Source: Spirochaetia bacterium
GTDB taxonomy: Bacteria > Spirochaetota > Spirochaetia > DSM-2461
Direction: 5' to 3'
Length of the DNA: 64,000 nucleotides
NCBI GenBank assembly: GCA_963666985.2
Contig: CAXXIA010000001.1
Coordinates: 160,001-224,000, forward strand
In this document: in pieces, positions 19,337 through 29,312 of the stretch
Layout of the letters: each line of letters begins with the position of its first letter
Numbering within the stretch: position 1 is the first letter of the stretch
Notes under the pieces: generated by a model
Told to the model about the DNA's origin: nothing
Databases searched by the model: none
What the model saw: only the letters and a program-made list of their open reading frames with translations
Translations under genes and position numbers: made by a program

Positions 19337-20515
19337 ATGGCCGAAGAAATATCCTATGTGATGACAACACCGTATACACTTGCAAAATCCAGAACCGGGG
19401 GAATCCTTGCCCGGCTCTTTTCCCGTGTTGATTTGGAACTGATTGCCGCGCAGGTTTTCACGCCGGATTTGGAAACCGTGCAAGCTTACGCCGCATCAAT
19501 TATGAAGCATGCCAATCCGGAGAAACCCGGAAGCGCCGAGCTTATCAGGGATTATATTCTGAACAATATGGTTCCCAGCGAAGAACGTGCTCATCGTGTC
19601 GCCATCTTTCTGTTCCGGGGAGAGAACGCCGTTCGCCGGCTCAGGGATCATGTCGGAGCCCTGTACCCTGAGAACCGGAGTGTCGAATCCCTTACGGGGG
19701 AGACCATCCGTGACACTTATGCCGATTTAGTCCGGAATTCGGAGGGTGAAATAACCTATTTCGAGCCGGCGGTTCTGTCGCCGCATTCACGTGCTTCAGC
19801 GCTGGATAATCTGAAAATCTTCGCGAAGTTCATGAAAACGCAGGATAATGTCGTTCGGAATGTTGTGTATCCGAGCCGGCAAAACATTGAACAGACATTG
19901 GTTATATTGAAGCCGGACAACTGGAAATTCCGTTCAACCCGTCCCGGTTCCATCGTGGATATGCTGAGCCGTACCGGATTAAGGATTGTCGGTTTGAAAG
20001 TTCACCAAATGTCCACGGCGGATGCTCTTGAATTCTACGGCCAGGTGAAAACGGCCCTGGAGAAGAAGCTGGCCCCGTCAATATCGGTAAAGGCCGCGGC
20101 CGTGCTTGAAAAGGAGTTCGGGATTGTCATGGATGAGGGGACCCGAAAGAAGCTTACCGAATCGTTCGGCTGTTTTTATGCTCATTATCAATTTGGAAGC
20201 ATCGTTGAATTCATGTCCGGGCGCAGGCCCGAGGAAGTTCCCATCGAAGAAATGGATAATCCCGGGACGGTGAAGTCGATGATTCTTGTCTACGAGGGCG
20301 AGAACGCGATTGAAAAAATTCGAGAAGTTCTGGGACCTACCGATCCAAGCCAGGCACCCGGCGGAACCATACGAAGGGATTTCGGAAGCGATGTCATGGT
20401 GAACGCGGTTCATGCTTCGGATTCGCAGGAGAGTGCCCGGAGAGAATTCGATGTTGTGAGAATTCATGAAAATGATTTCGTCAGGCTCGTTGATTTGTAT
20501 TCACAAACCGTCTGA
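19337..20515 (+). CDS. ndk: Nucleoside-diphosphate kinase, tandem-domain type
   Basis: Second domain TLVILKPD...GPTDP...PGGTIRRDFG...NAVHASDS; first domain is a degenerate repeat. Confidence 0.88.
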   Translation: MAEEISYVMTTPYTLAKSRTGGILARLFSRVDLELIAAQVFTPDLETVQAYAASIMKHANPEKPGSAELIRDYILNNMVPSEERAHRVAIFLFRGENAVRRLRDHVGALYPENRSVESLTGETIRDTYADLVRNSEGEITYFEPAVLSPHSRASALDNLKIFAKFMKTQDNVVRNVVYPSRQNIEQTLVILKPDNWKFRSTRPGSIVDMLSRTGLRIVGLKVHQMSTADALEFYGQVKTALEKKLAPSISVKAAAVLEKEFGIVMDEGTRKKLTESFGCFYAHYQFGSIVEFMSGRRPEEVPIEEMDNPGTVKSMILVYEGENAIEKIREVLGPTDPSQAPGGTIRRDFGSDVMVNAVHASDSQESARREFDVVRIHENDFVRLVDLYSQTV

Positions 20516-20564
20516 TTCGAACAGGCCGGGCGACCGGGGAATCCAATTGAGTTTTTTACTTCTC

Positions 20565-20605
20565 TAATCGCGGCGGCGGACCGATGGGTATCGCCGCCGC
20601 GATTA
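20565..20605. terminator. GC-rich hairpin between convergent genes
   Basis: Perfect 14-bp inverted repeat TAATCGCGGCGGCG / CGCCGCCGCGATTA. Confidence 0.6.
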
Positions 20606-20678
20606 CGGTGCCGGGTCATGACGTTTTTATCGGATACCGCCCCGGGGCGTCCCCGGGCGCCCGGACCGTTATCGTTTT

Positions 20679-22100
20679 CTATAAGCGGATGAACATCTTA
20701 TCGTGGTATTCCAGATTGGTGAGTTGGGCCAGCAATTTCAGCTTTCTTTGAATTGAGCCGTAAACCACAACTCTGTGATAACCGAAGAAGTTGTCTTCAA
20801 ATTCATCCAACTCTTTTGGAGACATTTTTATCGCGATTTTTGTTCTGCATCCCCAATCCGATTCGGCGTATTGATGCCCGACGGTTCGAGATTCCTGTGT
20901 TAAAAGATGGTAAGTTTCAAAATCGTCCTTGAGGGCGATTTTCGGCAATCCAAGATACCTCATCGTTCCGGTACCCACGATTTTCAAGATGGTTACATCA
21001 CGGTCTTCCGGCATGGTTACATCGATACCGACGTCGGAAAGCGACTCGTTATGCGTTCTGAATCGGAACGGCAAAGGCGTACTCCCTTCCATGCATGTCG
21101 GAGCCGTACAATGCGCCGCGATTATGCTTCCGGTTGATCGGTCGACCGTGGGATCGCATTGAAATCCGGGCCGTCCGCTTAAATAAAGGCTCATCGCGAT
21201 GGTCAGCACCGTTTCCACATCGGCCTCGCAGCCGGCGACGATTCCTTCATCAAGAAGCCGCGAGATGGTAAAACACGGACTAATCGGGAAAATCGACTCT
21301 CTGATATAGGACAAACAGTCGATCGTGAATCCGTTCGTGCCGGTTTCCTTCATAAGGGATTTTACGGCGATGTACATTTTCGCCGCGTTGATAATGTCCT
21401 GTTTTCGCGGCTCTTTTACCGTACCCAGCTTCATGGCTTGTGAAGAGATTTCCAAAGCGTCTTGTTCCGAAGCCGAATGGTAATGCGAAAGAAGATCGTC
21501 CGATGTCGCGAACGTAAGAGAAGATCCGAAATCGTCTTTGATGCGGGCCGAATATGCCGGGCCTTTCCAGCGCGGATCCGTCATTCTGGGATCGATTTTC
21601 ATCGGATCATGATCAAGATCCCTCACCACCAGAAGATTTAGCCTGCGCAGACGCATCGCCGCTTTCAGCGCACAGATCGGCTCTTCAAGAATTTGAGGCG
21701 TCGCACCGGCCGCATGGATGATTCGCGCGCCGTTGTGCTTTAACGCGGCGTATCCGTCATAATAAGTGGCGAACGGTTTCGTATACATGATCGCCGGCAT
21801 TTTTTTCTCGCACAATTTAAACACATCCGGCGTTAAACTGGCGAAATCCGCGGTCAACGGGATAATCAAAAGGCCGTCGGCCCGATCCATAAGACTGTAG
21901 GATTCAAAGATTTCTTTATCGCTGCGTATCAGCTTCCATTCGAAGAACTCAAGATCATCCAGAAAACGGCAGTCTTTGAATTCCTTTTTTAAAACTTCAA
22001 CCTGTTTCTCAAGCGGGAATTCTTTATACGGCCATCCCGCTTCCATTCCGGCGCGGCCCATTAATAAAACAAGAATCTTGAATCGTTCGATCTCAGCCAT
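20679..22100 (-). CDS. L-fucose/L-arabinose isomerase-like protein
   Basis: FTIDCL, PCFTISRL...AGCEAD, AHCTAP, RTHNES, GCRTK, GYHRVVVYG; AAGGAG RBS. Confidence 0.75.
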   Translation of the reverse strand: MAEIERFKILVLLMGRAGMEAGWPYKEFPLEKQVEVLKKEFKDCRFLDDLEFFEWKLIRSDKEIFESYSLMDRADGLLIIPLTADFASLTPDVFKLCEKKMPAIMYTKPFATYYDGYAALKHNGARIIHAAGATPQILEEPICALKAAMRLRRLNLLVVRDLDHDPMKIDPRMTDPRWKGPAYSARIKDDFGSSLTFATSDDLLSHYHSASEQDALEISSQAMKLGTVKEPRKQDIINAAKMYIAVKSLMKETGTNGFTIDCLSYIRESIFPISPCFTISRLLDEGIVAGCEADVETVLTIAMSLYLSGRPGFQCDPTVDRSTGSIIAAHCTAPTCMEGSTPLPFRFRTHNESLSDVGIDVTMPEDRDVTILKIVGTGTMRYLGLPKIALKDDFETYHLLTQESRTVGHQYAESDWGCRTKIAIKMSPKELDEFEDNFFGYHRVVVYGSIQRKLKLLAQLTNLEYHDKMFIRL

Positions 22101-22279
22101 GATATTCTCCTTCTTGATATAGATTATTTGATAATTACGACTTCCGATTACGGAATAAGAACCAATATTGTTGTTTTATTGATATTATGGGAGTTCCAGA
22201 GGTTCAATGGCCGGAACCGATGATTTCGTGACGAATAAAAGGACGGTCCATCCTGTATTATGTAAAACGCTCGGAATTC

Positions 22280-23116
22280 ATAACTACCGCTCTTAAAGAG
22301 AATGAGTCTTTTTTCAGTGAGGATCATCCCTGCAGAATCTGGAAACGATCGGTTGAAGCCGGAGAACGGATTAGGCTGCATTACAATAATCTTTTGGAGT
22401 GCATCCTTTTTGAACGGGTTACCGGAACCGCGATCGTGGAACATCTTCGCATGGAGCTGAATCCAAAGCAGGTTATGGTTATATCACCCGGCATGATTCA
22501 CAGTTTTGAATTGGAGCGTTCTCCCGGCGGATATGTCATCGTATTTCAGGTTTCCCTTAAAGAAATCCGGAACTATCTTCAGTTTGAGAATCTTTTTTCT
22601 TCTTCCGAAGATCTCTTTTTTCCGGCGGTGTCCGAGCGCTTCAATCCTTTGGACCGGATTCTTACGGAATTATGTATCAAACCGCCGGTAACGATTTTTG
22701 AACAAATCAAAGCGGTTTTATCCGTACTTGAGATTATCGGTCCCTCATCCGGGAGTTTCTCGGAAAAAAGCAGGCTTTTTCCCGAACGTCTGCGGGAGTC
22801 AATTAAATGGACCATGGAGCATTTTTCTGAGCCGATTAAACTGGCGGATGCGGCCGGGATTGCCTGCTATACGGAGGAGCATTACAGCAGATTGTTTAAG
22901 AAATGCACCGGCGGCACATGGAATGATTTCTTACGGTCGATGAGACTGGACCGGGCCAAGGTTCTGCTGGCGGGCGGGATGGATGTTACTTCGGCCTGTT
23001 ATGAATCGGGTTTCGGGAATCTTTCCTATTTTATCCAGGTTTTTCGGCGGTACGAGGGATGCACTCCGAAACAATTTACGGCAAGTTTGCTTCAAGGACG
23101 GAGAGACGGCTTATAA
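22280..23116 (+). CDS. AraC-family transcriptional regulator (start non-canonical or mutated)
   Basis: C-terminal HYSRLFKK...RLDRAKVLL...ESGFGNLSYFIQVFRRYEGCTP; cupin domain extends upstream of the TTG at 22394. Confidence 0.8.
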   Translation: MTTALKENESFFSEDHPCRIWKRSVEAGERIRLHYNNLLECILFERVTGTAIVEHLRMELNPKQVMVISPGMIHSFELERSPGGYVIVFQVSLKEIRNYLQFENLFSSSEDLFFPAVSERFNPLDRILTELCIKPPVTIFEQIKAVLSVLEIIGPSSGSFSEKSRLFPERLRESIKWTMEHFSEPIKLADAAGIACYTEEHYSRLFKKCTGGTWNDFLRSMRLDRAKVLLAGGMDVTSACYESGFGNLSYFIQVFRRYEGCTPKQFTASLLQGRRDGL

Positions 23117-24115
23117 TTCGGTTCCCTCATATGAGAGAAGCCGCCTCAATTCTTCCGGGGAGGTTGATATCATGAGCTTTTTACGCAGATCCGATGCCCC
23201 CGTCCATCCGGTGATATAGCCGGAAAGATGCTTTTTTATTTCCCGAACGGCCGTTTCTTCGCCGAACGCGGCGGCCGCCGCGTTAAAATGGAAGGACGCC
23301 GCCGCGATTCGTTCTTCGGGAGTCGGTGATTCGCTTGGAATCCTTTTTCCGAGGAATTGCCCCGCCGAAGAAAAAATCCAAGGATTGCCGACGGCGCCTC
23401 GGGCGATCATAACCGCGGCGCATCCGGTTTGGCAAAGCGTCGCGGCGGCGGAGTCCGCGTCCGTGATGTCTCCGGATCCGATAACGGGAAGTTTTGTCGA
23501 CGCGGCCATTTCGGCGATAAGACTCCGATCGGCCCGTCCTCCGTATCTCATGGCCCGGGTTCTTGGATGAAATCCCACGGCCGCGGCGCCGGCATCCTCG
23601 GCCGCGGTTACGGCTTCCTTCCAATTCAAATTCTCATTATCCCAGCCGCTGCGGATTTTCACGGTAACGGGAATTTCTCTCCCCACGGAATCGACCATGG
23701 CCTTCAGAGCTCTGTAAAGGGCTTTCGCGTCGCGGCCGAGTGCGGCGCCGCTTCCGCCGCGAATCACCTTCGGAACCGGACATCCGGCGTTTAAATCCAC
23801 AAGATCGGCTCCGGCTTCAACGGCTATTTCCGCTGCTCGGGCAAGTGTTTCCGGATGAGAACCGTAGAGCTGAAGGGCCAGGATCGATTCACCTTCGGCC
23901 CGATTCATCATTTCAAAGGTTCGTTTATTCCCGCGAACGAGTCCTTCCGCGGAAATCATTTCCGTATAGGCGAGATCCGCGCCGTATTGGAGAGCCATGG
24001 CCCGGGTAATCCTGTCGCTGTAACCCGCCATGGGGGCCGCGAAGATATTCCCGGGGATTCGCAAAGAGCCGATATCCACCGGCCCGTACAAAAGAAGAGA
24101 ATTGTCGCCGTTCAC
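23111..24115 (-). CDS. dusB: tRNA-dihydrouridine synthase
   Basis: APMAGYSD, DLNAGCPVPKV, VTVKIRSGW, MIARGAVGNPWIF; GTG start after GGAGG. Confidence 0.9.
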   Translation of the reverse strand: MNGDNSLLLYGPVDIGSLRIPGNIFAAPMAGYSDRITRAMALQYGADLAYTEMISAEGLVRGNKRTFEMMNRAEGESILALQLYGSHPETLARAAEIAVEAGADLVDLNAGCPVPKVIRGGSGAALGRDAKALYRALKAMVDSVGREIPVTVKIRSGWDNENLNWKEAVTAAEDAGAAAVGFHPRTRAMRYGGRADRSLIAEMAASTKLPVIGSGDITDADSAAATLCQTGCAAVMIARGAVGNPWIFSSAGQFLGKRIPSESPTPEERIAAASFHFNAAAAAFGEETAVREIKKHLSGYITGWTGASDLRKKLMISTSPEELRRLLSYEGTEL

Positions 24116-24233
24116 GGCACCTCCGTATCGGCGGGAGCGCAAGCGGGGATCATTTTCCTTGTCCTTGCCTTACGGCATAGCGCCGCGGCCGTTCGGAACG
24201 CGGAGTTCCGGCGCGCGGCGGAATCCTTTTATC

Positions 24234-25019
24234 TCAGGCGTTCCGATCCAGACCGAAAAGATCGCATGCGTTGTTCCAGAGCGCTTCGGTAACGATTTCC
24301 TCGTCTTCTTCCCGGATTTCGGCGATGAACGCGGCCGTGGAGGGCAAATAAACGGGTTTGTTCCGTTTGCCTCGGAAATCGGCGGGAACCATGAAAGGAC
24401 TTTCACTTTCGATCACAATGCGCTCAAGGGGAAGGTTCACCACGGTTTCATGCAGATTTCGCGCGTTTCTGTACGTAACGTTTCCGGCGAAAGAGAAGTA
24501 GAGGTTGTCGTGGCGGCTCAGCATATCTTCCGCGTATTCCCAATCTTCCGAATAGCAGTGAAGCACGCCGCCGCGGGAAGGAAGCTTGGATTTAAGAATT
24601 TCCTTAATGTCATGTCCGGCTTTTCGGTTATGGATAACGACCGGAAGGTTGTAGCTTTCCGCCAGTTCAAGCTGGGCGATGAACAACTCGACTTGGGAAC
24701 TTTTGTCGCCGAATTTGCGAAAATAATCGAGTCCGGTCTCGCCGATGGCCACAACACGGTCTTTCTGCACGCCCTCGTTGATTTTTTGCTGCCAGTCGGA
24801 ACCCGGATGCTGAACTTCGGACGGAGAAACGCCGATACTGAAAATAACATTAGAAGCGGTGATGAGGTTCTGGTAAACCTCGAAGAAGTCCTGAAGGTTA
24901 TTGGTGATGCTTAAAATCTTTTGGACGTTCGCCTGCTTGGCTTCCTGCGTGACGATGAGCTGTTCGATTGAATCTTCGTGGATAAGACCAATATGGGCGT
25001 GGGTGTCGAAATACCGCAT
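24234..25019 (-). CDS. tatD: TatD-family deoxyribonuclease
   Basis: FDTHAH, AIGETGLDY, PVVIHNR, GVLHCYS, RNKP. Confidence 0.92.
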   Translation of the reverse strand: MRYFDTHAHIGLIHEDSIEQLIVTQEAKQANVQKILSITNNLQDFFEVYQNLITASNVIFSIGVSPSEVQHPGSDWQQKINEGVQKDRVVAIGETGLDYFRKFGDKSSQVELFIAQLELAESYNLPVVIHNRKAGHDIKEILKSKLPSRGGVLHCYSEDWEYAEDMLSRHDNLYFSFAGNVTYRNARNLHETVVNLPLERIVIESESPFMVPADFRGKRNKPVYLPSTAAFIAEIREEDEEIVTEALWNNACDLFGLDRNA

Positions 25020-25188
25020 GAGTAACCCGCTTTCGGTGAATTTCAATGCCGACCGGCATCTACCTTCATTGTTAACTCGCTCGGGAACCCTTGTCAATAT
25101 AAATCGCTTCGATGACGGAGCTTGCCTTCTCAGAGCAGGGTAGGATAATATGAGAGATGATTCCGACGGAATCGATCGGGGAGACAGA

Positions 25189-26220
25189 GTGCCGAAGACG
25201 AAATCCGTTCAGAACAGGCGATCACGCCGCGTGGGAACGGCCCAAGGGGGCCTGATGGGTTTTTTATGGCGTTTCGGACGCCAGAAGTTCACCGTTATGT
25301 TCGTTCCCCATTCCGAAAAGAAAACAGTCCATTTTCAGATGTCGCTGTTTACCATGTTCTTCATGATCGTTATTTTCCTCGGTCTGCTGGCGGGTTTTTT
25401 CTGGTTTTCCCTGGACTTCTCCGGCAAGGAGATGATGCTGGCCCTGCGGACTCGGGATTTGGCCGATACCGAAGCGAGTCTGGATGTTATCCGTGATGAG
25501 GTTGGCGATTTGGTTACATCGGCCGGAACGTTCCGGAACAGCCTTAACCGAACAATGGATGTTCTCGGCATTGAAGACCCCTCACCCATGGCGGCCGTCG
25601 GCGGAAGCGGCGATTTGGCGGATTTATTCGCCGTTGAGCAGGCGGACGGCTCCACCTTGGCGGAAGTCGCCGATCTCCAGGCGCTGCGGATCTCTTTGGA
25701 TAATTCGGTAGCCACCTTGGAAAATATCGGAACGGTTCTTTCCAGCCAAAAAGATCTTCTTTCGGATATTCCGACGATTTGGCCTCTGAAAGAAGTTCGG
25801 GGATGGGTTACGCAGGTCTTCGGTCCTCAAATCCATCCGGTTTTTCATTATTGGTATCTTCACAGAGGCGTGGACATCGCGTTCGGTATGGGAATTCCCA
25901 TCATGGCGACGGCGAACGGGAAGGTTATTGAAGTGAAGTTCGATCCGGATGGATTCGGGAATTACATCGTTCTCCAGCATAAATACGGTTTTAAAACGCG
26001 ATACGCGCATCTTCAGCGTCAGCTGGTCAGCGTCGGTCAGCAGATATCTCAGGGTGAAATCATCGGAACAATGGGCAGTACCGGTTTCTCAACGGGACCT
26101 CATCTCCATTATGAAGTCACCATTGGAACACAGCTTGTCGATCCGTTTAAATTCCTGAATATGGCCAACCAGGGTGATAAAATGGAGAATCTCGCGACGA
26201 ATCTCCAACGGTACGAATAA
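25189..26220 (+). CDS. M23-family metallopeptidase
   Basis: TM helix and coiled coil, then HRGVD, YAHL, STGPHLHYEV; start 25150 or 25189. Confidence 0.93.
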   Translation: MPKTKSVQNRRSRRVGTAQGGLMGFLWRFGRQKFTVMFVPHSEKKTVHFQMSLFTMFFMIVIFLGLLAGFFWFSLDFSGKEMMLALRTRDLADTEASLDVIRDEVGDLVTSAGTFRNSLNRTMDVLGIEDPSPMAAVGGSGDLADLFAVEQADGSTLAEVADLQALRISLDNSVATLENIGTVLSSQKDLLSDIPTIWPLKEVRGWVTQVFGPQIHPVFHYWYLHRGVDIAFGMGIPIMATANGKVIEVKFDPDGFGNYIVLQHKYGFKTRYAHLQRQLVSVGQQISQGEIIGTMGSTGFSTGPHLHYEVTIGTQLVDPFKFLNMANQGDKMENLATNLQRYE

Positions 26221-26233
26221 TATAATAAAGAAC

Positions 26234-26674
26234 ATGAATGAATATAACAAAGACTCGGCTCTCATAAATTCCATAATCGGTGAAGGAACACAGTTCCGCG
26301 GAGACCTTGATTTAAAAGGGCTTTTAAGAATCGATGGGGATTTCGAGGGCAATATCCGAACCGAAGGCCGCGTGCTGGTGGGAAAAGGCGGGCGGGCGAG
26401 ATGCCTGATAGAAGCCGATACCGTTGTCGTCGGAGGCATCGTTAAGGGCGATATCAAAGCGGCGACGAAAGTCGTCCTTTTATCAACATGTGTCGTGATC
26501 GGAAACATCAAATCTCCGCAGCTTCTTGTTGAGGAGGGTGTTCTTCTTCACGGTCACGCGACCGTTACGGAAGATAAGAAGGCTCTGATGGCGGCCCCCG
26601 CCGGAGACGACGGAGGTTTCTCCGTTGATTTCGGAACCGCAAGAACGGCGGCGGCGAATTCTTCGGGATTGTAG
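26234..26674 (+). CDS. Bactofilin (polymer-forming cytoskeletal protein)
   Basis: NSIIGEGTQFRGDL...LRIDGDFEGNI beta-helix repeats; downstream of the M23 peptidase. Confidence 0.92.
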   Translation: MNEYNKDSALINSIIGEGTQFRGDLDLKGLLRIDGDFEGNIRTEGRVLVGKGGRARCLIEADTVVVGGIVKGDIKAATKVVLLSTCVVIGNIKSPQLLVEEGVLLHGHATVTEDKKALMAAPAGDDGGFSVDFGTARTAAANSSGL

Positions 26675-26682
26675 GCCCGAAT

Positions 26683-27198
26683 ATGGATATTGAGAGGCTC
26701 AGCCAGATCGGATCATCTCTGGACACGAGACTCAAAAAAAAGAAAGATTCGGAGAAGATCCGTACCGGGAAGGGTTCCAGGACCGCTTTCGGGAGAGTTC
26801 TTGAACATGCGTCGGAGGGATTCGGAGCGGAAGGAATCGCCGGGATTCGGGATTTGCCCGCTCTGGACGCCAGCGAAACCCTTGAAAGTTTGCTGGATGA
26901 TGTTCATGAAGCCGGTGACGCTCTTAAAAGAGATCCTGTTTTCGGTCCTTTGAAGGGATATAAACAGGCGGTTCGCCGTTTTTTAAAATACGTCCTTGAT
27001 AACGGCTTGGAAGCCGAAGAAATTGTTGGAATTAGAAATCCCCGGACGATGCAGCAAAAAAAGTATATCGTTGTTCGGGTTGTGGACGAGAAGCTGGAAG
27101 GACTCGCGGCTCACGTTTTGAAGAGCCAATCGGACCAATTCGAGATTCTTCGCAGGATAGATGAGATTTACGGATTGCTTGTAGATTTGACGGGTTGA
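26683..27198 (+). CDS. YaaR (DUF327) family protein
   Basis: YKQAVRRFL, VDEKLEGLA, IDEIYGLLVDL. Confidence 0.85.
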   Translation: MDIERLSQIGSSLDTRLKKKKDSEKIRTGKGSRTAFGRVLEHASEGFGAEGIAGIRDLPALDASETLESLLDDVHEAGDALKRDPVFGPLKGYKQAVRRFLKYVLDNGLEAEEIVGIRNPRTMQQKKYIVVRVVDEKLEGLAAHVLKSQSDQFEILRRIDEIYGLLVDLTG

Positions 27199-27202
27199 TG
27201 GA

Positions 27203-28114
27203 ATGAAAAATAATACGCATAGGGAAAACAGCGGAAACCACGGATCGGCCGTTCATGCCGAATTCCGAACTGTGCCTGAAAATCTGTGGCGCGCCAGAGT
27301 GATTCCGACCAACGATTTTGAATACTGTTCGCCTCCGGAGGGGATGGATCTCGAACGGGGCCGTTTTGTCGTTATTCCGACACGATACGGTTTGGATATG
27401 GCCCGAATCCTCGGACCCGTCGACGATGTATCCGGCGTGGAGCCCGAACACGTTCGGCTTATCGAGCGTTTGGCCACCGAAGAGGATTTGGCGAAAAGAA
27501 CCGAGCTTGAGGCCCTGGAAGAAACCGCGTACAAAATTTGCCGTGAGAAAATCGATCGTCTCAAGCTGGCGATGAAGCTGGTTTCGGCCCATTATTTGTT
27601 GGACGAGCAGAAGGTGATGTTTTATTTCACCGCCGAGAACAGAATCGATTTTCGTGAACTCGTGAAGGAATTGGTCTCTTACTTTAAAATGAGAATCGAA
27701 CTCAGGCAGATAGGGGTTCGCGACGAATCGAGAGTCATCGGCGGAGTGGCGGTCTGCGGCAGACCCTTCTGCTGTCACGGTTTGACCGATAAGCTTTCAC
27801 CCGTTTCCATCAAGATGGCCAAAGATCAGAACCTTTCCCTGAATTCATTGAAAATTTCCGGTCCCTGCAGCCGGCTTCTCTGCTGTTTGGCCTTCGAGCA
27901 CGAGCATTATTCCATGGAGCGAAAATGTCTTCCCCGCGAGGGGGCGCGCATAGTGCACAAAGGCGTTCCTTACAAGGTTACCGAGGTGAGTATTTTTTCC
28001 AGATCCGTTACTCTATCGGCTTCGGAAGGCCGCCGCATGGTTGTTTCCGCCGTCAATTTAACGAAAAGGGACGGCGGGGGATGGGAGATTCTTTCGGACG
28101 ATATGGAAGATTAG
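27203..28114 (+). CDS. PSP1-domain protein, YaaT/RicT family
   Basis: YFTAENRIDFRELVKEL, RIELRQIGVRDE, CGRPFCC, ISGPCSRLLCCL. Confidence 0.92.
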   Translation: MKNNTHRENSGNHGSAVHAEFRTVPENLWRARVIPTNDFEYCSPPEGMDLERGRFVVIPTRYGLDMARILGPVDDVSGVEPEHVRLIERLATEEDLAKRTELEALEETAYKICREKIDRLKLAMKLVSAHYLLDEQKVMFYFTAENRIDFRELVKELVSYFKMRIELRQIGVRDESRVIGGVAVCGRPFCCHGLTDKLSPVSIKMAKDQNLSLNSLKISGPCSRLLCCLAFEHEHYSMERKCLPREGARIVHKGVPYKVTEVSIFSRSVTLSASEGRRMVVSAVNLTKRDGGGWEILSDDMED

Positions 28115-28142
28115 ATAATCCGATCTTCAGGGCCGTGGCTTG

Positions 28143-28172
28143 TTGACATCATTTACGGGCTTTTGTTAATAT
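28143..28172 (+). promoter_or_regulatory. Putative sigma70 promoter
   Basis: TTGACA-N18-TAATAT with extended -10 TG. Confidence 0.5.
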
Positions 28173-28238
28173 CGGTCCGCCAATTATTTAAAAGAAGAGA
28201 ATCTCTTTATGGAGATTCGGCTTCCAAGGAGTGAACTC

Positions 28239-28409
28239 ATGGCCGGAGTCAGTAAAAACGCGCGAACGACATCGGGAACACATAAGTTTTTCTGCCCTTG
28301 CGGCGGAGAAGTGAAGATGAGATCCGTATTTGCCGATGGCCGTATGAAGCATTTCGCTTATTGTGAGAAATGTAAACGGGAAGAGCGCCGTCCGCGAGAC
28401 TTCAATTAA
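28239..28409 (+). CDS. Small basic Cys-rich (zinc-ribbon-like) protein
   Basis: AAGGAG RBS; CPCGG and CEKC pairs; 56 aa. Confidence 0.7.
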   Translation: MAGVSKNARTTSGTHKFFCPCGGEVKMRSVFADGRMKHFAYCEKCKREERRPRDFN

Positions 28410-28520
28410 GGACGGATTAAGATAATGGTTTTCCCTTAAACCTTGACGGTAAAGGGATTATCTGTTAAAAGTTATTCTTGATGATTGTTTTGAAATCATC
28501 ATACTGAGAGGAAAAGAGCA

Positions 28521-28784
28521 TTGCCTAATTCAAATGATGCCGCTAAGAGGCACAGACAGAGTGTAAAGCGGCGGACTCACAACAGGGCTATCCGCAGCCG
28601 CGTAAGGACCAGTATTAAGGCCTTCGAAGCGGCCGTTGAAAAAAAAGATAAGGCTGTTGCCGAAACGACGTTTGTGGAGTTCGTAAAGCTTATTGATACG
28701 GCGGCCGGAAAAGGACTTTATCATCCGAATACCGCGGCCCGCAAGAAATCCCGCATGCACAAGAGGCTTGCGGCCTTGGCGTAA
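28521..28784 (+). CDS. rpsT: 30S ribosomal protein S20
   Basis: AAKRHRQS...NRAIRSRVRT...KGLYHPNTAARKKSR. Confidence 0.97.
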   Translation: MPNSNDAAKRHRQSVKRRTHNRAIRSRVRTSIKAFEAAVEKKDKAVAETTFVEFVKLIDTAAGKGLYHPNTAARKKSRMHKRLAALA

Positions 28785-28829
28785 TATAGTTACCGAACGA
28801 TTAGCAATCTTGTGAGAAGGGGGATTCCG

Positions 28830-29141
28830 ATGGCCGATATTGAAGAAGACAAGATGACTAAGGCCGAGATCATAGAACATATCTATGAAAAATCCGGAAT
28901 CAGCAGAAAAGATATCCATATGGTTATTGATGCTTTCTTTGATGAAGTCAAAGACGCCCTGAACGGCGATCGGGTTGTGGAGCTGAGGGGTTTCGGCACT
29001 TTCGAAATTCGAACACGCAAGGGACGAGAAAAGGCCCGCAATCCCAAAACCGGAGAAATTGTTCCCGTAAAAACACACGGTGTTACCGTTTTCCGCCCCG
29101 GAAAAGAACTGAAGAAAATGGCCTGGAATCTGCGCCATTGA
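28830..29141 (+). CDS. HU/IHF-family DNA-binding protein
   Basis: MTKAEII, VELRGFGTF, ARNPKTGE, FRPGKELK. Confidence 0.95.
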   Translation: MADIEEDKMTKAEIIEHIYEKSGISRKDIHMVIDAFFDEVKDALNGDRVVELRGFGTFEIRTRKGREKARNPKTGEIVPVKTHGVTVFRPGKELKKMAWNLRH

Positions 29142-29167
29142 TATCGATAACGTTTTTAAGTTATCTG

Positions 29168-29195
29168 AAAAACCCCGTTCCCGCGGGGTTTTTTT
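29168..29195 (+). terminator. Rho-independent terminator after rpsT-HU
   Basis: AAAAACCCCG-loop-CGGGGTTTTTTT. Confidence 0.85.
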
Positions 29196-29312
29196 ATGAC
29201 TTCAAATCATCGCATCATGTTAAATTTCGACGTTTCGGCGCTCTCTCTTTCGGCGGCTTTCCGCGTTCTTTCTTGACGGACCGGGGTAAACGGGAGAAAA
29301 TGGAATTGGATT

